Source: Octopus vulgaris (Eukaryota). Taken from it: a stretch of DNA of 64,000 nt. The stretch covers positions 41,292,001 to 41,356,000 of the forward strand of contig OX597828.1 in the NCBI GenBank assembly GCA_951406725.2. Reading direction: 5' to 3'. The notes under the pieces are model-generated. The model worked only from the letters and a program-made list of their open reading frames with translations, searched no databases and was not told where the DNA came from. A program made the position numbers and the translations under genes. Below are positions 53,810 to 64,000 of this stretch, one piece after another; the first letter of the stretch is position 1, and each line of letters opens with the position of its first letter.

Positions 53810-54900
53810 CTCACAGACGACACCCAAACTCTGTTTCGTCTGAACTTCTACAAGGCTGACTGGAAGTCAATCGAAAAACAGATTATCTATAAAAATTGGC
53901 CTAAAAGTCTCTCTATGTAAGACATTGATATGAAATTTAAAGAATTCATGACTATAATGCGAACCATATGCATTAAATTTGTCTCAAAGAAGAGAGTAGC
54001 TACATACAAAACATCGTTCCTCTCCCCGAGAAAGAGAACAAATAAATAGAATAAATCACTTAGATAAATAACTTATTGACAGCGAGAAATTCCTCCTCAA
54101 AGAGAGACTTTTAGAGACTGAAAATAAATTCTTTCATGAAAAGGTAAGGGTAGAGAGCGAAACCAGGTGGGAAATCTTTATATATAAAAGTGAAGTTTAA
54201 CCAAAACCGGGTATCTTATAGTCGTGATTCATATCGAGCCCTTCTGGGTTTTAGCGCGCGTCTACGATGAGTCTACGATTTTAAAAATAATTTATCATAA
54301 TTTTTTTCCATTTTAATGCACTTTTTTCGCTATTATATAAGGGAAGTAACTCTCTAAAAATGTCTACGATGAGTCAACGATTTAAAAAAAATTTACTATC
54401 ATTTTTTTCCATTTTTAATGCATTTTTTTGCTATTTTTTGGCTATAACTCTCTAAAAATGCTTATATAGTTATTTCCCTTACAAACCCGAGCAACGCCGG
54501 GCGATACTGCTAGTATAAAAATAAATCGCAAAGCGTTCTACAAGTTCACGAAAGAGTCTGCCTCAATGCACTACAAGATAGGACCGCTATTTGAAGAAGG
54601 CTCGCTAACTGCAGATTCCAAGAGGATGGGTGAAGTACTACGATAAGCAATTTCGGAACGTCTTCACATTTCCACTAGAAAACTGGCAAATAGGCGAGTT
54701 CAAGGGGCTTTTCAACACTGCAGACCTACATGGGAAAAAGGCAGCCAACGATTACATCGAAATTAAAGATCAGCCATTGATAAGATGAGCTCAAACTCAA
54801 CAACCGGCCCCAGATGGATTTCGGTCTGTTCTCTTAAAAACATACAAGAAAGCTTTCGCAAAACCGCAGCAGATACTTTTTCAGATTTTCCTTCCATGTG
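53810..54900 (+). pseudogene. Decayed CR1-group LINE ORF2 fragment interrupted by a Helitron
   Basis: LNFYKADW; IKINRKAFYKF restored when the insert is removed; GPDG motif near 54806. Confidence 0.7.
54175..54513 (+). mobile_element. Non-autonomous Helitron
   Basis: A|TC start (tctttatatataaa), 3' hairpin cccgagcaacgccggg, CTAG|T end, no TSD. Confidence 0.85.
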
Positions 54901-55124
54901 GAAAATCAATAACTCGATTGAGCAAACCTATCAATAATGCACGTACGTATAATGGCTACTGGAAACAGCTGGAAGTCAAATATACAACAATAAAGAAAAA
55001 TTTCATGGCCATTATTTATGCCTTGTTTTCTAAATAAAAAAATAAAAGTTTGTTTACACACACACACACACACACAAAAGCACACACACACACACACACT
55101 CATACACACGCACACACAAATATA

Positions 55125-55178
<54 letters not shown>

Positions 55179-55304
55179 TAAATATACATACATTCTTTGA
55201 TTCTTTTATTCTTTTACTTGTTTCAGTCATTTGACTGCGGTCATGCTGGAGCACCGCCTTTAGTCGAGCAAATATACATATATATATGCAAATATATGTA
55301 TATC

Positions 55305-55335
<31 letters not shown>

Positions 55336-55359
55336 GTATGTATATATATCTTTACACAC

Positions 55360-55395
<36 letters not shown>

Positions 55396-55438
55396 GTATA
55401 TATATATATATGTATGTATATATATATATATATATATG

Positions 55439-55483
<45 letters not shown>

Positions 55484-55845
55484 GTATGTATGTATATATA
55501 TATATACACATGTATATATATATATATATATATATGTGTGTATATATATATGTATATATGTGTAGGTGAAGAAATGAATAAAAGTAATTAATTTCTAAAT
55601 AAAACTGGATATAAATCTCTATTCTTCTTTGTTATAAATTCTTTATTTTCTCTGCCGAAAACATGCAGTCTCTATGGAGACATATGAGTTTACTGATGTG
55701 AACATAGATTGATGTTAGTAAATCAAACTAACTGGAGTTTTTTTTATACACTCACTAAGGTTATCCAGCATTAATAACCGGCATAAGCGACTACGGTGCC
55801 CACTTAGAAATCTATATCCTTACCACCCAAAATTCGGAAATTTAT

Positions 55846-55894
<49 letters not shown>

Positions 55895-55939
55895 CTAAAT
55901 TTCTAAATCTCTCGTAGAGACACGTACGGTGGTGGGGCG

Positions 55940-56235
55940 ATAGAATGGTTGTATACTGTCAATCTAACACGACCGTGACAGTAGGGGGTACACCACCGCT
56001 GTTTAGCCCTAGGAAGCATCGACGCCTCCTGATGGCTTTGACACATTTTCCCTGTGTCCTTATATACATTTACGAAGGGGGTGTTTGTTTCCCCTTCGTA
56101 AATGTATATAAGGACACAGGGAAAAATGTGTCAAAGCCATCAGGAGGCGTCGATGCTTCCTAGGGCTATACAGCGGTGGTGTACCCCCCCCTACTGTCAC
56201 GTTCGTGTTAGATTGACAGTATACAACCATTCTAT
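55940..56235. repeat. Near-perfect foldback (arms ~140 bp, 10-nt spacer)
   Basis: 55940-56080 is the reverse complement of 56091-56235 with few mismatches. Confidence 0.92.
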
Positions 56236-56330
56236 ATTTATATATATATATACACATACATAACAAAAGGTGGGGGGTGTTTCCACGCAGGAAAAAAATA
56301 TATAGGAAAATGTGTTGTTGAAAATGCACC

Positions 56331-56840
56331 ATACATTACTGGCTGGAAAAATTCGCAAATGTCATTCCCGACAGAATCGGGAAAGAATTCATCGTTGAAG
56401 GAATAAAATTCATCCTACAGAATAACTTCTTCAATTTCAACGAAAACACTTATAGACAAAAATCAGGCACAGCGATGGGAACGAGGGTAGCCCTTACGTT
56501 TGCTAATCTTGTCATGGCATACTTCAAAGTGCAAATATACGAACACGCTAGATTGAAATTTGGAGACAACTGCCAAAAATACTTACTCACCAACTGGAAA
56601 CACTACCTGGATGACTGTTTCATCCTGTGGCCACGTAACCTTGAACAACTCTCAAAATTTATAAACTTAATCAACAGCATTAACCACAGCATCCAGTTTA
56701 CAATGGAATACAGCCACAAACAACTACCCTTCCTGGACATCTTAATAATAAAGAGAGATACTGAAATTGAAACCGACATCTTCTTCAACGGACTCAAAAC
56801 AATATCTTCTATTCTCCTATTCCCACCCAAAACATACTAA
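56331..56840 (+). pseudogene. Penelope-like reverse transcriptase fragment
   Basis: ILQNNFFNFN..YRQKSGTAMGT..FANLVM..HYLDDCFILW..IQFTME..LPFLDI. Confidence 0.9.
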
Positions 56841-57051
56841 AATAAATATACCGTTAAAATTATTAGCACGTTAAATTAGTTAGCCTCATTTTTGATATTT
56901 TCATTGTCATTAATCATAAAAATACATTTATTATAACTATGATAGTACTTTTATAGTAAATTTTAACAAAAATAAATGAGTATTGTACGTAATGTCTTTC
57001 TTCATACCTGCATACCTACTTTTGCACCACACTGTGTATGTGTGTGAATGC

Positions 57052-57098
<47 letters not shown>

Positions 57099-57358
57099 TT
57101 TCATAATTATATACAAAAGAATGTCAAATCCATTATCTTTTGCTCGCCTACAACCCAGTGTGTTACTGGAGACTTTAAGATGGTAATAGAGTCTTTTGGC
57201 ATCTCTTTTTCCAGCGCTTGGACCTTATAGCCAACCCTTTGTTAGAATCATGCATATAATTATTAAAGTATTTGTAAAATTTACAAAGTTTTTATTTCCG
57301 CACTGCCCCACCCTGGTAGAATCATTAATGAATTTTACCCTTTATTATTATATATATG

Positions 57359-57459
<101 letters not shown>

Positions 57460-57576
57460 GTATGTGTGTATGTGTGTGTGTGAGTGTGTGTGTGTGTGTC
57501 TGTGTGTGTGTGTGAGTGTGTGTGTGTGTGTCTGTGTGTGTGTGTGAGTGTGTGTGTGTGTGTCTGTGTGTGTGTG

Positions 57577-58080
57577 TGGAGGCGCAATGGCCCAGTGCTT
57601 AGGGTAGCGGACTCGCGGTCGTAGGATCACGGTTTCGATTCCCAGACCGGGCATTGTGAGTGTTTATTGAGCGAGAACACCTGAAACTCCACGAGGCACC
57701 GACAAGGGGTGGTGGTGAACCCTGCTGTACTCTTTCACCACAACTTTCTCTCACTCTTTCTTTCTGTTTCTGTTGTACCTGTATTTCAAAGGGCCAGCCT
57801 TGTAACACTCTGTGTCACGCTGAATCTCCCCGTGAACTACGTTAAGGGTACACGTGTCTGTGGAGTACTCAGCCACTTGCACGTTAATAAATGAGCTGCG
57901 ACGTCACTGGTGCCAAGCTGTATCGGCCTTTACCTTTCCTTTGGATAACATCAGTGGCGTGGAGAGGGGAGGCTGGTATGCGTGGGCAACTGTTGGTCTT
58001 CCATAAACAACTTTGCCCAGACTTGTGCCTGGGAGGGTAACTGTCTAGGTGCAATCCCATGGTCATTCATGACCGAAGGA
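57577..58080 (+). mobile_element. SINE B 5' part joined to a SINE D 3' part
   Basis: Similarity switches family near 57885. Confidence 0.75.
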
Positions 58081-58103
58081 TGTCACAGCAATATATATAT
58101 ATA

Positions 58104-58842
58104 TTTGGCGAACCTCTAAGTTATTTTATCTATACCCTTTGGCGAACTGATAAGTTATTTTATCGATCACCTTTGGCGAACCGATAATTTATTTTATCGC
58201 CCACCTTTGGCGGACTGCTAAGTTATTTTATCGATATCGATTGGCGAAACGCTATGTTATTTTATTGATCACGTTTGGCGAACTGCTAAGTTATTTTATC
58301 GAAAACGTTCAGCGAACCGCTAAGTTATTTTATCGATCACGTTCGACGAACCACTAATTTATTTTATCGATCTATTTTGGCGAACCGCTAAGTTATTTTA
58401 TGGATCTCCTTTGGTGAACCTCTAAGTTATTTTATCGATCTCCTTTGGCGAACAGCTAAATTATTTTATCGGTCACGTTTGGGGAACCGGTCAGTTATTT
58501 TATCGATCACGTTTGGCGAACCGCTAAGTTATTTTATCGAACACCTTTGGCGAACTATTAAGTTATTTTATCGATCTACTTTGCCGAACCGCTAAGTTAT
58601 TCTTATCGATCTCCTTTGGTGAACCGCTAAGTTATTTTATCGATCTCCATTGGCGAACCACTAATTTATTTTATCGATCTCCTTTGGCGGACCGCTAAGT
58701 TATTTTATCGATATCGATTGGCGAACCGCTATGTTATTTTATCAATCACGTTTGACGAACCTCTAAGTTATTTTATCGATCTCCTTTGGTGAACCGCTAA
58801 GTTATTGTATCGATCTCGATTGGCGGACTGCAAAGTTATTTT
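58104..58842 (+). repeat. 34-bp minisatellite, ~22 copies
   Basis: Consensus tttggcgaaccgctaagttattttatcgatc(a/t)c(c/g); the ggcg of successive units falls at 58107, 58141, 58175, 58209, 58243 and onward. Confidence 0.95.
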
Positions 58843-58844
58843 AA

Positions 58845-59138
58845 GATGGGACACCTTTTGCTCAATTTCAATTTAATTTGCAACACGGTAAAGTGGAAGC
58901 AGATTTGTAATTTAAGCGCAGAAATCTAATTTTTTGTAAATGGGAGAGAGATAGAGAAGGATAGAGAGTAAGAGAAAGCGAGCGAGAGTCCGAGAGCATG
59001 GAAGAGTAAGAGAGTGGAAACGGAGAGAAAAGAGAGAGAAATAAAGAGATAGAATGTGGCGATAAGAAACAGAAAAGAAGCAACAGAAAATAACAATCAC
59101 ACCCTCACCCGCGCGTAGAGCGGGTCACCTTAAGCTAG
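58845..59138 (+). mobile_element. Helitron 3' part
   Basis: Hairpin cccgcgcgtagagcggg then CTAG; homologous to 60292-60360 and 60710-60929. Confidence 0.75.
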
Positions 59139-59725
59139 TCAATATCTATAAAGCTGAAATGCGAAAAGTTTGTCCCATTTTGGGATTGGAACGGGTTAAG
59201 GGGCACTAGATGAGGTCGGATTGGCTCCAAAATTTACAGGGACATGTAAAAAGAGGTGAGGAAGTGAGTAGATTAGGTTAGAAACCTCTATCTCAAAAAC
59301 TGTAGTTACTAGGACAACAAAACCCACATTTTGACAAGTGTCTGTCGTTTCTCTCTTTCGCATATCAGCCTGTCTTACTCTGTCTCTCTCTTTCCTTCCT
59401 TCCCTTCACTTTCTCTCTATAACGACGTTTGACAGCTTCGCCGTCTCTCTGTCACTCTTTCTCCCACCACCTCTCTCACTGTACGTCTGCTTGTATCTAT
59501 AGAGTGAAAGCGTTGACAGCCGCAAAAGTTTAAATATTCCTGCCACAAGTCTTTTAGAATGGTGAATTATTGTCGCCCACCACCACCGCACAATCATAAA
59601 AGATATTATTACTTAGATGTATGGGATTAATTTATATATATGTGTGCGTATATAAATATATATATAAATGTGTATACATATATATATGTGTGTATATATA
59701 TATAAAGTGAATATATTTATATATA

Positions 59726-59774
<49 letters not shown>

Positions 59775-59812
59775 AGACATGTCTATATAATGCGTATATA
59801 TGTACATATTTA

Positions 59813-59879
<67 letters not shown>

Positions 59880-60069
59880 GTGTTCATATGTTGTCGATTG
59901 AGCTGAAAATATGCACACCTTTGTTAATAGTGCTAGCGAGTTTGCATGGCAATTTTGAGTTTGCTCAATTGAAAAGCATGGCCTCTAGGGCAAAATTCCT
60001 CATCTTTTAAAATGTGGCCCACGTAGACCCGAATGAAATCGGGTTATAATACTGAAACAAGTAAAACAA

Positions 60070-60928
60070 TCTTATCTATAAAATGAAGAAGGCGAACGTT
60101 GATACAAACTGAATTTTTATGTAAAAAGGGGTCTAAATGGGGCTGGAACGGGATTAAATTTACAGGAGGGGGTAACTTGAGGTGAGAAATTGATTGGGAG
60201 ACGTTTTGGGGCGCTACAGTGGGTGCTTTGGTGTGAAAACGGGGATTTTATTGCTTTTTGGGTACACTTGGGGGTATATAGATTGGACGCGTTTTGCCCA
60301 ATTTCAATCAAATTTTCAACATAGTAAAGTGGAAGCCGATTTGTAATTTCAGCGCGGAAAACGGGTTCGAAATTTTGAAAATTAAGGCAAGATTTATGAA
60401 GTTGAAAAAAAATTTCTCATTTTTACATATTTTTGCCTTTACTTTTTATTTTGCAGTTTTCATTTTTTCTGAAAGAAATTTATAGCTGCATGTAGCCCGT
60501 GTTTAGAGCTATCATTTTCATGGTCAATCGTCGAAAAATTCCCCAAATAAGTACTAAATTTAACAAAGAAATCCCTTTTTTACTTCTTTTTAATCGCTCA
60601 AATAGTGGCACGTACAAAAGGCAAGTGGGCTTTCTGTAGTCACTGCATGATATTTATGATTGATCTTTCAAAATATTTTCTTCCTCTACTTACTCAAGAT
60701 CTTTTGTTTTTTTATAAATGGGAGAGAGACAGATAGAGAAAGATAGAGAGTAAGAGAAAGCGAGGGAGAGTCCGAGAGAAAGAAAGAGTAAGAAAGTGGG
60801 AAAGGGAGAGAGAAAGTAGAGAGAAACAAAGAGGGAGATTGTGGCGATAAGAAACAGAAACAGAAAAGAAGCAACCGAAAGTAACAACCACACCCTCACC
60901 CACGCATAGAGCGGGTCACCTTAAGCTA

Positions 60929-60929
<1 letters not shown>
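60070..60929 (+). mobile_element. Non-autonomous Helitron
   Basis: A|TC start (tcttatctataaaatgaag), 3' hairpin cccacgcatagagcggg, CTAG|T end. Confidence 0.78.
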
Positions 60930-60987
<58 letters not shown>

Positions 60988-60989
<2 letters not shown>

Positions 60990-62225
60990 TGCAGGGGTGG
61001 CTGTGTGGTAAGTAGCTTGCTAACCAACCACATGGTTCTGGGTTCAGTCCCACTGCGTGGCATCTTGGGCAAGTGTCTTCTGCTATAGCCTCGGGCCGAC
61101 CAAATCCTTGTGGATTTGGTAGACGGAAACTGAAAGAAGCCTGTCGTATATATATATATATTTGTATGTTTGTGTATATGTTTGTGTGTCTGTGTTTGTC
61201 CCTCTAGCATTGCTTGACAACCGATGATGGTGTGTTTACGTCTCCGTCACTTAGCGGTTCGGCAAAAGAGACTGATAGAATAAGTACTGGGCTTACAAAG
61301 AATAAGTCCCGGGGTCGATTTGCTCGACTAAAGGCGGTGCTCCAGCATGGCCGTAGTCAAATGACTGAAACAAGTAAAAGAGAAAAGAGTAAAGAGTATA
61401 TATATATATATATATACAGGCGCAGGCGTGGCTGTGTGGTAAAAAGCTTGCTTCCCAACCGTGTGGTTCTGGGTTTAGTCCCACTGCGGGATACCTTAGG
61501 CAAGTGTCTTCTACGATCTTATGAGTGATTTTGGTAGACGGAAACTGAAAGAAGTCCGGCGTATGTATTTGTGCGTGCGTGTGTGTGTATGTGTGTGTCT
61601 GTGTATTCATATATGTGTGTCTTTGCATCTGTGTTTGTCAACCCATCCACCATCGCTTGACAGCTGATGTTGGTGTATTTGCGTCTCCGTAACTTAGCAT
61701 TTCGGTCAAAGTGACCGATGGAACAAGTACCAGACTTACAGAGAATAAGACCCGGGGTCGATTTCTTCGACTCAAACCCTTTAATGTGATGCTCCAGCAT
61801 CGCCGCAGTCAAATGGTTGAAGCAAGTAAAAGAATATATATATATATTCCGCTAAGTTACGGGGACATAAACACACTAACATCGGTTGTCAAACGACGGC
61901 GTGGGAACAACCACAGACACACACATAAATACATACATATACATACATACATACATACATAATACATACATACATACACACATCTATACATACATACATC
62001 TATACATACATACATACATACATACATATACATACATACACACACACAGACAAACACGGACACAGACACACACACACACACATATATATATGACGAGCTT
62101 TCAGTTTCCGTCTACCAAAACCAATCACAAGGCTTTGGTCGGCCTGAGGTTGTAGTAGAAGATACTTGCCCAAGGTACCACGCACTGGGGCTGAACCTTG
62201 AACAATGTACTTGGGAAGCAAGCTT
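60988..62225. mobile_element. Cluster of three SINE A copies (60988-61395 +, 61419-61833 +, 61848-62225 -)
   Basis: Matches to the family. Confidence 0.85.
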
Positions 62226-62228
62226 CAT

Positions 62229-62868
62229 ATTTCTTTATTGCCCACAAGGGGCTAAACACAGAGGGGACAAACAAGGATAAACAGGGGGATTAAGTCGATT
62301 ACATCGACCCCAGTGCGTAACTGGCACTTAATTTATCAACCCCGAAAGGATTAAAGGCAAAGTCGACCTCGGCGGAATTTGAACTCAGAACGTAACAGCA
62401 GACGAAATACCGCTAAGCATTTCGTCCAGCGTGCTAGCGATTCTGCCAGCTCGCCGCCTTCTTATTTCTTTATTGCCCACAAGGGGCTAAACATAGAGAG
62501 GACAGACAAAGGATTAAGTCGATTACATCGCCCCCAGTGCGTAACTGGTACCTAATTTATCGACGCCGAAAGAATGAAAGGCAAAGTCGACCTCGGTGGA
62601 ATTTGAACTCAGAACGTAGCGGCAGACGGACTACCTAGTTTTTTACTACCCACAAGGGGCTAAACACAGAGAGGACAAACAAGGACAGACAAACGGATTA
62701 AGTCGATTATATCAAGTCCAGTGCGTAACTGGTACTTAATTTATCGACCCCGATAGGATGAAAAGCAAAGTCGACCTCGGCGGAATTTGAACTCAGAACG
62801 TAACAGCAGACGAAATACTGCTAAGCATTTCGCCCGGCGTGCTAACGTTTCTGCCAGCTCGCCGCCTT
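62229..62868 (-). mobile_element. Three tandem SINE C copies inserted into a SINE A head
   Basis: Three ~180-235 bp units; the host sequence aagcttc|ttaccacacagc resumes after them. Confidence 0.88.
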
Positions 62869-62882
62869 CTTACCACACAGCA

Positions 62883-62956
<74 letters not shown>

Positions 62957-63622
62957 CCACACACTAACTTGAATATAACCTCGGTCGAAGGATATAAAAA
63001 CTTCATTTTACAAAGACCCAAGTAGTTGCGTTGTTTAACGCGTATTCATTCTGAGAATCGAAAGGCCACTTCGCTGAAACCATCTGCCTTGCACGTGAGC
63101 AGTACTTGCGTGCCAAACCTTATTTTTTAAAAATCATACTATCAACAAAGCGACCAGAAAGTCCTTTGTCTATTTGGCTGCTATATAAAAAATTATACAA
63201 GTAAATCGCTCTGATAGCACACCTTAATATCCCTTAAAGGAAAAGCTCACATTACAGGATTTAATTTCAGATGCAAGATAAATTCGTTAAGCAGAATAAA
63301 TTATCGGTTTCTCTGGGATGGGACATCATTGACCAACAAAAGTCTTCTTAAGATTACCGTACAACTAAGCAGTTTTCACTCGCTTCAAATACCAGTGATG
63401 TTTTGTGAAGTAAGACGATACTGATTTTCCTTTAACAAAATACAAAAGAAAGGAAATGGACACACGTTCGATCTTCGCCAACTCTGATGTCGTTTTGTCA
63501 CCTTCAGAAATATTTCAAGAATTTTTAAATCGTTTGCTTAGAATATGAATATAAAAGATGTGTACATATATGGGTTAGATAATCACATGTGTATATGTAT
63601 GCTTGTCTATTGACGTATGTGA

Positions 63623-63664
<42 letters not shown>

Positions 63665-64000
63665 TATGTATGTGCATGTGTCTGTGTTTGTGCATGTGTG
63701 TGTAGGTGCGTGTGTGCATGTGGTGTCTGTGTGTGTGTTTGTGCGTTCGTGTGTTTGGCTTTTGATGTATGTGATGCGTGTATGTGTCTATGTATGTGTA
63801 TGTACCTGTCTGTGTTTGTGTGTGTGTGTGTGTGCGTGTGCATGTGTGACAGGACACAACGTGAGCTCTGTGTGTGTGTATGTGTGTGTGTGTGTGTGTG
63901 TGTGCATGGCAACGAGTGAGATAGAAGGAATTATGTAATGAGAGGACACGCGAGTGTGTGTGTCTGAATGAATGTGTGTGTGTGTGTGTGTGTGTGTGTG

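Noticed and set aside
58104-58842. CRISPR-like array
   Set aside because: Units are contiguous with no unique spacers, there are no cas genes, and the context is eukaryotic; it is a minisatellite

Overview
Repeat-saturated, AT-rich animal DNA. The SINE families, microsatellite load and TTAGGG repeats suggest a cephalopod (Octopus-like) genome; this is inferred, not searched. I recognise no host protein-coding gene; nearly all listed ORFs are microsatellite or SINE read-through. The window is a nested mosaic of at least four tRNA-derived SINE families, LINE remnants (RTE, CR1-like, R4/Dong-like, L1/Tx1-like), Penelope-like element (PLE) remnants, Tc1/mariner, Tigger, hAT and piggyBac derivatives, and non-autonomous Helitrons. 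The standout is a hammerhead-ribozyme (HHR) system. At 34408-35681 a non-coding 360-bp unit, apparently identical between copies, occurs as 2.8 head-to-tail copies plus a 265-bp inverted copy, inserted in (TA)n. Each copy carries a type I HHR with a variant CCGAUGA core and a palindromic stem III, making it a candidate circRNA-forming retrozyme. A PLE remnant at 47121-48450 carries a canonical HHR, and its inverted terminal copy stops next to the predicted cleavage site. Five further HHR relics are scattered through the window, and a covarying hairpin links the 360-bp unit to a foldback beside a PLE RT fragment. All structures were derived by eye; no folding or database search was run.
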